Of a stretch of 64,000 bases of DNA, positions 1 through 12,285 are shown piece after piece; positions within the stretch are counted from its first letter, which is position 1, and every line of letters starts with the position of its first letter. The DNA is from Macrostomum hystrix. Its lineage: Eukaryota > Animalia > Platyhelminthes. Under the pieces are notes generated by a model. It did no database searches, was not told the DNA's origin, and was given only the letters and a program-made list of their open reading frames with translations. The position numbers and the translations under genes were made by a program. Where the stretch lies: NCBI GenBank assembly GCA_950097015.1, contig CATNEN010000005.1, positions 1,116,001 through 1,180,000 of the forward strand, in the 5' to 3' direction.

Positions 1-95
1 GGAACAGGTGTACTGTAGTTTAATTGAGTTGGCATCCAAAGGAACAGGTGTACTGTAGTTTAATTGAGCTGGGATCCAAAGGAACAGGTGTACTG
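1..95. repeat. End of a 40-bp tandem repeat
   Basis: ggaacaggtgtactgtagtttaattgag(t/c)tgg(c/g)atccaaa at 1 and 41, partial copy at 81. Confidence 0.85.
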
Positions 96-599
96 GATTT
101 GGCTTAATACAGTTTGTAGTATATCCATTAAACAGCAATCAAAGCTTACCAATGTTACATTCCATTATTCTATGATCGACCAAAGTTTCTACGCCATTAA
201 CTTTCTCTGCACTAGTGGCCTCCTTAACAGTGGAAAGTTCAGCTTCGTGTACATGATGACTAGTCTCCATGCGTTACGAACACTCTGTTGAGTTGCCTTT
301 TAGTTACATGTGCCCGGATATAAAAGTTCGACACAAAATTGCTTTTGCCAACTCTCGCTGGCGATCAGCTCCTGATTGGCTAAGAGTATGGCTGAGTCCA
401 TTAGCTTTGGGAGAACTTTTTAGTAAAAAATGTTGGATACTTTGCACGAGAATAGTTTTTTGTAAAAAAAAACGAATGCAGTAAAATTTGGAAATCGTTA
501 CTGACTTTGCAAATGGCTTCTGATTCTATGAAATGAAATTGAAATCAACTGAAAGATAATTTCTTGCAGCCCGATGTAGAGAGAGTTTGAAAATAGAAA

Positions 600-1415
600 A
601 TGTAACACAGATGGCAGAGATTGGTTAGACACCAAGGAATCTAACACAGATGGCAGAGATTGGTTAGACACAAAGGAATCTAACACACAGATGGGTTAGA
701 CACTGGGAATCTAACACAGAGATGGGTTAGACACTGGGGAATCTAACACACAGATGGGTTAGACACTGGGGAATCTATAACAGATGGGTTAGACACTGGG
801 GAATCTATAACAGATGGGTTAGACACTGGGGAATCTATAACAGATGGGTTAGACACTGGGGAATCTATAACAGATGGGTTAGACACTGGGGAATCTATAA
901 CAGATGGGTTAGACACTGGGGAATCTATAACAGATGGGTTAGACACTGGGGAATCTATAACAGATGGGTTAGACACTGGGGAATCTATAACAGATGGGTT
1001 AGACACTGGGGAATCTATAACAGATGGGTTAGACACTGGGGAATCTATAACAGATGGGTTAGACACTGGGGAATCTATGACAGATGGTTTAGACACTGGG
1101 GAATCTATAACAGATGGGTTAGACACTGGGGAATCTATAACAGATGGGTTAGACACTGGGGAATCTATAACAGATGGGTTAGACACTGGGGAATCTATAA
1201 CAGATGGGTTAGACACTGGGGAATCTATAACAGATGGGTTAGACACTGGGGAATCTATAACAGATGGGTTAGACACTGGGGAATCTATAACAGATGGGTT
1301 AGACACTGGGGAATCTATAACAGATGGGTTAGACACTGGGGAATCTATAACAGATGGGTTAGACACTGGGGAATCTATAACAGATGGGTTAGACACTGGG
1401 GAATCTAACACACAG
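600..1415. repeat. 30-bp minisatellite
   Basis: Near-perfect array of cagatgggttagacactggggaatctataa; explains ORFs 743-1411 and 1077-1424. Confidence 0.97.
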
Positions 1416-1954
1416 ATAGTTTAGACTTTAGACATGTAAAAAATCAAAAGTCTATCTAACAGAGCCAGCCTAATGAACGGACCAAATAATATTAGGTAAT
1501 CTAATAACCTGCGATGGCACACAATGTCCACGCCTATTTAGCGAAAGCAGAAGAGAGCACGGGTTTGTTTAAATCCTCAAATTCTGAATACCAAGCACGC
1601 AAACGTATATATGGCTTGTGAGTTTGGCCGAAATTAAATTGACTAACAAAGTTAATTTAAGAAGCACTTTTATTAGTTGCTAGGCCTTTCGGCTTTCTGC
1701 TAGATAGAGTGCAACTTGCAGCTTTAACCTGAAATGTATGTATTTTAATTTCATTAGGGAAAAACGTAATAAATAAAACAATTCGTTACTTACAGATGTA
1801 ACGAATAACTGCAATTAACGGTACCGGGCTAAACTTGGTAACTTCACAGCATTGGTTACATTTCAACGATATGTTAATAAATAAACGATGCTCTTAAATA
1901 ATTAGAATAGCTGTTCAGACCAGCGTTTAGAAGCTACGCACTTTTAATAGCCTA

Positions 1955-2235
1955 GGTGGTCGAGAGTTCGAATCTTTAAGCCCAAAAGGGAAACAATTAA
2001 TGTGCCATTAAGCAAGGCGTTGAACATCAGATTGCTTTAATTTCCTAATTATTGTAGATGTGCAGCCCAAAGCCCAGCAGCAGATATTGTGCAAGACGGG
2101 TTCTGAAGGCTGCATACGTCCATGGACTGAACAGCCCTAGATGATACTGGTGTCCATTTAAAAGCTGCATGAACTGGCACAACTTGTTCTAGTCGAGTCG
2201 GGAATTGAAACCGCGACTTTAAGTCGCTAATGATG
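1955..2235. mobile_element. Degenerate SINE-A fragments in opposite orientations
   Basis: B-box-like gagttcgaatc plus gtgccattaagcaagg on +; tctgaaggctgcatacgtccatggactgaacagc...gagtcgggaattgaaac resembles pieces of the 23182-23487 SINE, mostly on -. Confidence 0.55.
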
Positions 2236-2355
2236 AATCGGATTTAGATTAATCGGACTAAAAATCAAACGGACTTACGCAATTAGTCTAACGAAGTTAT
2301 TATCGTTACATTTTTGGCTACATTAGAAGCAATTGCATTAAGAAATGGAGTCCCA

Positions 2356-2411
2356 CTAAGCTGTTGTTGAAGGCGGCGGAGGCGGCGGTGGCGGTGGCGG
2401 CATGATTTCGG

Positions 2412-2446
<35 letters not shown>

Positions 2447-5400
2447 GAGGCAGAATTTGTCGAAGCAGCGGCAGAAGCAGCGGCCACACTGTCGGACAGT
2501 GCTGTGGGCTCCTCTGGCATTGGCGGCGCATTGCCGTAAGTAGGATTCAGCACAGCTGTGTCCACCTGCCAAACCTGCACCAGGGTCTCGCTAAGCGGTA
2601 TCATCTGGGGCAGGATTTCTGTCACGTGCAAATCTTGCAGTTCGAACCATTTCTCTGTGCCAGAATGTTGCAGGTGAACTCGGTAGGTGCCGCTCTCATG
2701 TGTGCCTGGGGAAATCAATGCAGCTGCACGTAAATGAGGCCTGATATGAGAAAGAGATTGCTGTGAGAATGTAAGAAATATTGTAAGAGTGAGAGAAAGA
2801 GATTGCTGTGAGAATATGAAAAATATTGTGAGAGTATGAGAAAGATTGTGAGTGCGAGAAAGACTGTGAGAGTGCGAGAAAGATTGTGAGAGTGTAAGAA
2901 AGATTGTGAGAGTGCGAGAAAGATTGTGAGAGTGCGAGAAAGATTGTGAGAGTACGAGAAAGATTGTGAGAGTGTGAGAAAGATTGTGAGAGTGCGAGAA
3001 AGATTGTGAGAGTGTGAGAAAGATTGTGAGAGTGCGAGAAAGATTGTGAGAGTGCGAGAAAGATTGTGAGAGTGTGAGAAAGATTGTGAAAGTATAAGAA
3101 AGATTGTGAGAGTGTGAGAAAGATTGTGAGAGTGTGAGAAAGATTGTGAGAGTGTAAGAAAGATTGTGAAAGTGTGAGAAAGATTGTGAGAGTGTAAGAA
3201 AGATTGTGAGAGTGTGAGAAAGATTGTGAGTGTGAGAAAGATTGTGAAAGTATAAGAAAGATCGTGAGAGTGTGAGAAAGATTGTGAAAGTATAAGAAAG
3301 ATTGTGAGAGTGTGAGAAAGATTGTGAGAGTGTGAGAAAGATTGTGAAAGTATAAGAAAGATTGTGAGAGTGTGAGAAAGATTGTGAGAGTGTGAGAAAG
3401 ATTGTGAGAGTGTAAGAAAGATTGTGAAAGTGTGAGAAAAATTGTGAGAGTGTAAGAAAGATTGTGAAAGTATAAGAAAGATTGCGAAAGTGTGAGAAAG
3501 ATTGTGAGAGTGTGAGAAAGATTGTGAGAGTGTAAGAAAGATTGTGAAAGTGTGAGAAAGATTGTGAGAGTGTAAGAAAGATTGTGAAAGTGTAAGAAAG
3601 ATCGTGAGAGTGTAAGAAAGATTGTGAGAGTGTAAGAAAGATTGTGAAAGTGTAAGAAAGATCGTGAGAGTGTAAGAAAGATTTTGAGATTGTAAGAAAG
3701 ATTGTGAAAGTATAAGAAAGATTGTGAAAGTATAAGAAAGATTGTGAGAGTGTGAGAAAGATTGTGAGAGTGTGAGAAAGATTGTGAAAGTATAAGAAAG
3801 ATTGTGAGAGTGTAAGAAAGATTGTGAAAGTGTGAGAAAGATTGTGAGAGTGTAAGAAAGATTGTGAGAGTGTGAGAAAGATTGTGAGAGTGTAAGAAAG
3901 ATTGTGAAAGTGTGAGAAAAATTGTGAGAGTGTAAGAAAGATTGTGAAAGTATAAGAAAGATTGCGAAAGTGTGAGAAAGATTGTGAGAGTGTGAGAAAG
4001 ATTGTGAGAGTGTAAGAAAGATTGTGAAAGTGTGAGAAAGATTGTGAGAGTGTAAGAAAGATTGTGAAAGTGTAAGAAAGATCGTGAGAGTGTAAGAAAG
4101 ATTGTGAGAGTGTAAGAAAGATTGTGAAAGTGTAAGAAAGATCGTGAGAGTGTAAGAAAGATTTTGAGATTGTAAGAAAGATTGTGAAAGTATAAGAAAG
4201 ATTGTGAAAGTATAAGAAAGATTGTGAAAGTGTGAGAAAGATTTTGAGATTGTAAGAAAGATTGTGAAATGAACACTACTATACAGGACTAGGATTTTAC
4301 GGAGCTAATTATAGGAAAAAAAATCTGTGAGACTAACCGTCGTGCACCACATTGGCAACCAGATTGTAAGTAGTGTACTGGTGCCTAGCCCTAGTCCAAG
4401 GATCCAATAGGTCACCAAAGTCAACGCCGCGAACAGGGAAATTCACAATGGTTGGATTCTTCTCAAGAGTGAAGATGTTCTTAACAAATCGCTTGCAATA
4501 CAACAGGATGTATTGTGGCAATTTGATCAATTGGAATCGCTTCATTGTTGAATCTTTGTGAGTCTTGTACTCTTTGTTTGTGACTCCGTTGAATTTAGAC
4601 AAAATGTTGGATAGCGGCACCTAAAATAATTTGTTTGACGGTAGTAATTGACCTGAATGTACCTACTTTAAGTAGTTGCGTAGATGCAAAATCTAATAGA
4701 AGTACGTTTAATTTCTGGTGTGTTGGGAGACGGTATAATATTTCGGAAAATAAAACGGAACGTACATTTTTTATATTCGGAACTAACCTGAATCTGGCTA
4801 CTTTAAGTAGCAATTTAGACGCAAAATCTAATATAAACACGTTGTATTTCCGGTGTGTTAGTAAACTATATAATATTTCAGGACAATTAATGAGAAATTT
4901 GAGAGCACTGATTAAAACGATACGAAATATTGTAATTTGATTAGGATAAATTAGCTGGGTGTAGCGGGTGTTATTTTAAGCCTCACCTGCGGAATAATCT
5001 TCTCCTTCAGTTCGTCCGGATACAGTGGCGGCGGCGGCAGGTCGCAGGTTAGAAATAGAAAATGAGATTCTTCCACTTTCTCGGTGTACTCATCTGTGTG
5101 AGCTAGGAGAAGCCGCTGCTCCTCAGTCAGGTTAACAGGGATTACCTAAAATAATTATCGTCACGGTTGCTTAACGCATTTATATGGGCATTTATCTGAA
5201 ATCGAGAATGAGAACTATGGCTCACCTTGTGACTATAGATTCGCATCTTGCCGCGGAATGTTCGATTAACAATGGAACTATTGACCGACTTTGTGCCATT
5301 CAGTCCCATATGTAGCGTGTTGAGCAGCCAGGACATAAAGTCTACGGCGTCACTTTGAACAGTGAATTGAAATCGTTTCCGGCTGCATAGGACAACTGCC

Positions 5401-8400
5401 TGCGATTGGGAATCCGGTCGAAAAATTGAAGTCATAATCATTTATTTTTACCTACTCTATTTTCTATTTGCAATCGTTTGAAGACCTACTTAATAAGATG
5501 TGTATTGCATGGATAAAGACCGCTTTTAAGCGATCTTAAGCGGTCTTTCGCATAGACAAAGACTTTAGTGCACACCGAATAACAACGATATGCAAACGTC
5601 TAAAGTTGTTTTTATAATCGTTAGAGACTTGCCAGAACTGCTAGGGATGTGTCTGCTGAACCATTAATAATGTGTCTGAACCTTTAAGAGATGTGTCTGA
5701 ACCGTTAGGGATGTGTCTGAACTGTTAGGAATGTGTCTGAACTGTTAGGAATGTGTCTGAACTGTTAAGGATGTGTCTGAACCGTTAGGGATGTTTCTGA
5801 GCCGCTAGGGGTGTGTCTGAACCGCTAGAGAAGCGTTTAAGTCTTAAGAGAATGGTTTTAGTAGTTTGAAAAGCCTTCGAGTCGTTTAAGACGCATCTCT
5901 AACTGTTAGAGAATCTTTGGAGTTGAAAACGCTGCAAGTAAAACGACATTAAAATGGTACGTCTACGATACCTCTTTATTGGGCCATTTCGGACCCTTTG
6001 ACATTCTTTTTAAAGTTTAACTATTCAAGGTCTATCAGCATCACCGTCGAAATAAATGCCAAAACAATAAAACCTGCCTGTAGAAACTCGTGCGGTGAAA
6101 CGTGCGCCTTGAAATTCTTTGGATTCCATAGTTTTCGCAACAGTTCACCAAATCGACGAACTAGCAGGCCGGCTCGATCGCCCGGCGGCCTAGGCATATT
6201 TACGTAATTCTGTTCGCGCAGAAAATAGTTGCGCAACGGTGTAGCCTTAGACAGGATGTGAATAATAACGCTGCAATAGTCGCTAGCTTTTAGATTATTC
6301 AGGCCGACAATGCCAGGATAGTACAGGCTGCCATCGTGAGCTCGCATTAGCCTAACATCAGTATCTATGCGAGCTATGTGTGCTCTAGAATAAGTCGGAT
6401 TAGCCAGGTAGACAATGTCCTGCAGCGACGGGTGAACAAATTCGTAATCGTCCGGTAGGCAATAGAATTTGTGTGTCTCCAAGTTAAGAAACACGTAGTG
6501 TCCCATGGCTATGCTGTGCGTGTGAGCGTGCGTGCCCTTGCCGCGACCCTACATGATTGGGTACGGATTAATGAAGCGATTATTAAAAACGGCAAAGTTA
6601 TTTCTTAAGTTAATTCTAAAAGTCAATTCTTTTTCTGCGATAATCATTTTTTGTAAGACAGATGAAACACGCAGATGGAACACACCCACTCTTCTCAGAT
6701 GGAAATCCCTTTATAGGATGAAGGATTATTATAGGATTATAGGATTCTCAGATAGATTATCCCATTTTCATGTAGATCATACCATTCTCAGATAGAAGAT
6801 CCCATTCTCAGATAGAAGATCCAATTCTCACATTCAAAATTCCCACTCAGAGAGAAGATCCCATTCTCAGATAGAATATCCCATGCTGAATGAGATAGAA
6901 TATCCCATTCTCAGATGGAATATCCCATTCTCAGATAGTAGATCTCCTTCACATATAGATTATCCCATTCTCAGATAGAATATCCCATTCTCAGATGGAA
7001 TATCCCATTCTCAGATAGTAGATCTCCTTCACAGATAGATTATCCCATTCTCAGATAGAATATCCCATTCTCAGATAGAATATCCCATTCTCAGATAGTA
7101 GATCTCCTTCACAGATAGATTATCCCATTCTCAGATAGAATATCCCATTCTCAGATAGAATATCCCCATTCTCAGATAGAATATCCCCATTCTCAGATAA
7201 AATATCCTATTCTCAGATAGAATATCCCATAATCAGATATAAGATCCCACTGTCAGATATGAGATCCCATTCTCAGATAGAATATCCCATTCTCAGATAG
7301 AATATCCCATTCTCAGATAGTAGATCTCCTTCACAGATAGATTATCCCATTCTCAGATAGAATATCCCATTCTCAGATAGAATATCCCCATTCTCAGATA
7401 GAATATCCCCATTCTCAGATAAAATATCCTATTCTCAGATAGAATATCCCATAATCAGATATAAGATCCCACTGTCAGATATGAGATCCCATTCTCAGAT
7501 AGAACATCCCATTCCCAGATAGAATATCCCAGTCTCAGATAGAATATCTCATTCTCAGATAGAATATCTTATTCTCAGATAGAATATCGGGCCCCATTCC
7601 CAGATAGAATATCCCATTCTCAGATAGTAGATCTCCTTCACAGATAGATTATCCCATTCTCAGATAGAATATCCCATTCTCAGATAGAATATACCCATTC
7701 TCAGATAAAATATCCTATTCTCAGATAGAATATCCCATAATCAGATATAAGATCCCACTGTCAGATATGAGATCCCATTCTCAGATAGAATATCCCATTC
7801 TCAGATAGAACATCCCATTCCCAGATAGAATATCCCATTCTCAGATAGAATATCTCATTCTCAGATAGAATATCCCATTCTCAGATAGAATATCCCATTC
7901 TCAGATAGAAAATCCCATTCTCAGATAGAATATCTCATTCTCAGATAGAATATCCCATTCCCAGATAGAATATCCCATTCTCAGAGAGAAGGATCCAATT
8001 ATAAGTTAGAAGACCCCTTCTAAGCTTTGTAGATTGAAGATCCCCTTTACCCATCTGCATGGTATCATTTATCTAAGATAAAAGATCACCTTCTTAGATG
8101 AAAGGTACCGATTTTTTATGTTAAATTATGTTTTAAAATGGTAGATCCTTTTATGAAATGCAAGATTCTCAAAAAAATATTTTACCTGGAAATACTTTCC
8201 ACACACTAAGCAAGCATAGACATTCAGATGTGACAATGAGACAGAACAGAGCTTCTCAAAGTCGAAATCCAGTCGAGTCCTATCAATAGTGTCCAGATAT
8301 GGACAATGTTGACTTTGCTCATCTGAATTGGCAGCATTAAGTTCAGTTTTAAAAAAGCCAATTTTCTCATCATCTTCAAGATCTTTGGCTTCAATTTTAA

Positions 8401-8494
8401 CTGGTTGCTGATCTAGCCTTGCCTGTTTGATTGGCGGCTCAGACAAGTCTTCTGGGTGCCTGTCTGTTTCAGGCCTTGTCTTGGAATCTGACAT
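2356..8494 (-). CDS. USP39: U4/U6.U5 tri-snRNP-associated protein 2 (USP39/Sad1), 6 exons
   Basis: Exons 8494-8186, 6548-6074, 5395-5226 (approx. start), 5145-4987, 4620-4338, 2705-2356 join in frame with GT-AG ends. ZnF-UBP CSVSLSHLNVYACLVCGKYFQ|GRG; Cys-box GLNNLKASDY with Asp at the catalytic Cys position (pseudo-DUB hallmark); FTLEKNPTIVNFP; WFELQDLHV. Confidence 0.96.
2780..4270. repeat. 20-bp minisatellite in USP39 intron 5
   Basis: Unit agattgtgagagtgt(a/g)agaa; internal 480-bp block duplication (attgcgaaag at 3481 and 3961). Confidence 0.97.
5640..5830. repeat. 20-bp minisatellite in USP39 intron 2
   Basis: Unit like accgttagggatgtgtctga. Confidence 0.9.
6780..7985. repeat. 20-bp minisatellite in USP39 intron 1
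   Basis: Unit cccattctcagatagaatat with recurring variant blocks. Confidence 0.96.
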
Positions 8495-9621
8495 TGAGAC
8501 TACAGAAAAATCTGAAATTTAGCTATAAAAATGTTAGACATAACTGTGAGTAATATCAAAGAAAATAAAAAAATAATGGAATCAGTTATTTGTCTAAAAA
8601 TAACTCAAAATATACTAAAATCAAAATTTTTTGACAAAATGCATTATAGGCCTAACCTTTGTAAGTAAAAGCCTAAGCAAAAAAATATTTTTGTAATTGT
8701 CTTGTGGCTTAGTGACTATCTGGTCTATAGAAAATACTGCGAGACACAATAAAGATTGTCAACTAAGCATTAACAGAAGAGTAAAAAAATAATTATGAAA
8801 TCACTTCAAATTATAAAATTATGTCATGTCATGAGATTATTTCTCTAGGCCCAAATGCAAAGCTCTGTATAGGCCTAGGCCTAGTGTATAGCCTAACTAG
8901 AGATGGGCCTGGTCTAAATTTAATTTTTTGAATATGGAACTTTTTTATCACATTTTGATTTTGGTAAAATGAGAGAAATGTGAAGTTCAGATGTGATTTT
9001 TGTGTCATTTGTACTTAAAAATGGTTTTAAAGCTATGATTTCTCATTAAACATTGCCATTGGGTAGGCCTAGTAAATTTTATTTGATATAACATTTGATT
9101 TTGTTAGAGTGAAATATTGTTATAGGCCTAGGGCCCTAGGCCCTATTGAAATATTTATGCTAACCCCAGGGATCCCTATTGGAATAAATGTTAAAAATCC
9201 AACCCCGTGTATATACTGCACTTTAGAAAAATCCAAAAAGCATGCCAGACACCAAAAGAGGATTGTCAACTTTTTCCAATAGGTCTAGGGATGTCTCCCA
9301 TGGGACCCCAAATCAAGGTCCAGCCCAGTGTTTTGTCTAGAAATCCCCAGATAAAAAAATTTAAAATATTTTCTAATGTTACATTTAACATTTGATCCAC
9401 TTTGTGTGTATTCACATTTTGTGACAAAGTTATGTTGATGAAAATGTGTAGCGGTTCCCAGTTTATTTATTGGTTGACTTATTAACTGATTAATAAGCTT
9501 TCAAATAGCAAACACTATCACTAGATTAATATTGACAAAATTATTTTTATGTATAATTCGATAGGCCCCTAACGGGCATTGCACCTGCACGGCACAGCGA
9601 AGAATGCACGAGTGTAACTTA

Positions 9622-10492
9622 TCCCGCTCGATATCCCGCTCGATATTCCGATCGATATTCTGACAGATAATGTAGTGTACTTAAACAAAAGCTAAAGAGA
9701 ACAAAAAAGGAAAACAAAAACTCTCTTTATTTTTATTTTACTCAATTTAGTTTTTAATAATAATTATCACTTTCAACAATTTTTTCTCCAGAACAAAACA
9801 GTTGAAATGCATTTTATTTCATAAAATACTCTTGCTACAGATGAATGATGCATTTCGGGTCAGGTGGTGATTTAACTGTCGGGACGATGAATGAACTGTC
9901 GGGATGATGCATTAACTGTCGGGATGTTGCAATAACTGTCGGGTCAGGTGGTGATTTAACTGTCGGGACGATGAATGAACTGTCGGGATGATGCATTAAC
10001 TGTCGGGATGTTGCAATAACTGTCGGGTCAGGTGGTGATTTTACTGTCGGGACGATGAATTAACTGTCGGGATGATGCATTAACTGTCGGACCATCGTCC
10101 CGACCGTTAATCAATCATCCCGACAGTTATTTAAAGGCCTGTCCCGACTGTTAATGCATCGTCCCGACCGTTAATCAATCATCCCGACAGTTATTTGAAG
10201 ACCTGAGCCTACAGTTGATGCATCGTCCCCATGGCGTTCATCGATCATCCTGAACTGTAGCTGGATGTTTTTATTATGTTCTGTAATGCATTTATGCCGT
10301 AAAGAGGTTCAAATTGCAATTAGAACATTCATCTGCTTGCTCTTTTCAAATGTAAGTGTTTGTCCCTTTTTATCTTTTTTTTCCAGCGACCAACCAAGTA
10401 GGCCTAGTTCACGGTGATTCATTTGTTTTGCTACATTTAGTTTCATATAAAAATATCGATCGGAATATCGAGCGGAATATCGAGCGGAATAT
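9622..10492. mobile_element. Foldback-like element with nested inverted repeats
   Basis: Outer IR cgctcgatatcccgctcgatattccgatcgatatt (about 9627-9660) vs aatatcgatcggaatatcgagcggaatatcgagcg (about 10452-10486). Inner 84-bp tandem units (9855, 9939, 10023) built from aactgtcggga subunits face an inverted array (10093-10250). Confidence 0.65.
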
Positions 10493-10714
10493 CTGTCGGT
10501 AAATGTTATATACGTGAAGAATGCTACATGATTACGTCTTAAACAGTTTAATAAATTATCGATCAATATAATTAATTTAGGTTCAGCTGACTTGACTTAT
10601 TAGATTCTAAAGCTACGGTTATAAATAATCACTGCAATAAGCACCCAGACACAGTGGCGTATCTAGGGGGGGGATACGGGGATATATCCCCCCATTTCGC
10701 CGACCGAAGCTGCA

Positions 10715-11165
10715 CCGGTGTTGACAGAGATAGGGTCTAAGAAACGGTAATCGAACATGCGCGACCGTCGGCTAATAGGCAACTCCGAACATGTTCATTG
10801 TTCCGAGAACATGTTCTTTTTGATTTATAAGGCTTCGTATTGTAATATATATATATGTAGCTACATGCTGAATGCGCCGTTGAGAGAAAACTATATTGCT
10901 GGCTAATATGTACGTTAAGTGCTGGTGAACTAGGATATTACTAGACATAGTATGGTTTAACTCTGTCTTGTTTGTTGACCTCATGCCAAGGAAGGCATAG
11001 TTTTTTATTCATTATTTTTTCTTCACCTACCGGTGATTAATATACATTAAGTAATAAGTAGCTTTATTAATTTAAAAGAACATGTTCTCGGAACAAAGAA
11101 CATGTTCGGAGTCGCCTATTAGGCGACCGTCGCGCATGTTCGATGTAGCCTAAGAGTCGTCAACA
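10715..11165. mobile_element. MITE-like element with about 70-bp inverted repeats
   Basis: 10750-10820 is the near-exact reverse complement of 11074-11144; weaker symmetry extends outward to gtgttgac/gtcaacac; AT-rich noncoding core. Confidence 0.8.
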
Positions 11166-12285
11166 CGGCTGACCGAAGAGTGTCACCAACCCACGAAAAG
11201 TCGAAGACGAACGTTATGGCGGAATGTCATAGTCGTAATGTCGTTATTCGGCACAATGGTGTTCTGAATCTGAATCTGAACTATCTCTGTCTCGTCTCGT
11301 CTGCGTCTTGCCGTCTCGTCTCTCGCCTCGAATCTGAAGTGAGTCATTACGGTGACGTCTCTGATGACTCTGATTCAGGGCAAAATGCTTGCAAGCGTTG
11401 CGTCGTCTACAAAGATACTGTCTCAAAAGACCAATAGCTGGTGGCCTACGTGGATGGCGTAACGACAGTGAGCTAAACGTTTCACAGGAACAAACGAATC
11501 GCTGTATTACTTCCCGTTGCCTGACACCCTTTATGTTTTGTCTAGTAGGTTACCTGATAGGCGAGCCTGCAAAATGACATTATGATTATTTACAATGCAG
11601 GTCGCAAATACATCGCTGATGCTATATGTAATAATCGTTATACGATTCCCGCCAAATGACTTCGAACTTTAAACTTTAGGAATCGTAATTCGAAACTGAT
11701 GAAACCGTTCTATATTGTTCGACAGCGTCTATTACACAGAGATCGCATAACGAAAGTGCCTATAGAAATGGGGATCGATCGAAACGAAAGAACCCTAGAC
11801 AACCATTCATCCCACTGAAACTATCGCCGACATGGATTCCCATCGCTACAATTAATTTCTAGAGTCATTGAGTTGCTCATTAATTGATCGCCGCGCATCC
11901 ATCACATTAGCTATGATATTACCTATCTCTTCAACTCACATTTCGCTCAAAATCTGCCTTCAAATGTTTTTCCACAATTTGGGTCATGCGTGCTGCTGCC
12001 ATTTCAAAAATCTATAAAAAATCAAGGAGATTATTTGTTTATAAATACTGCAAATCAAGTTAATTGATAAATCATATTAGTTCTATTGTATTTCTAATCG
12101 GCAACTGAATCTCAATAATCAAAGTTTACTAAACTGAAATCAAATTAATCATATGGTACATATGGTATGATTGGAGCACAATAAAAAGTATTCAATGCAA
12201 AGGGCATGTCGATATTGCTTAAAAACTCAAATCAATTCATCAGCGCCATCGGTTTTTCAAAACACTAGCTCCCCTTCAGACTCAA

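Noticed and set aside
743-4276. ORFs of 222, 115 and 526 aa
   Set aside because: Pure translations of 30-bp and 20-bp tandem repeats; the second lies within a USP39 intron.
4650-4880. Diverged duplication of about 137 bp in USP39 intron 4
   Set aside because: Ordinary local duplication with no coding or structural signal.
6290-6320. Missing catalytic Cys in the USP domain
   Set aside because: This is the known, conserved state of USP39/Sad1 and serves as identification evidence, not novelty.
11244-11426. Short R/D/S-rich ORF
   Set aside because: Low-complexity sequence with no splice partner or recognisable domain.
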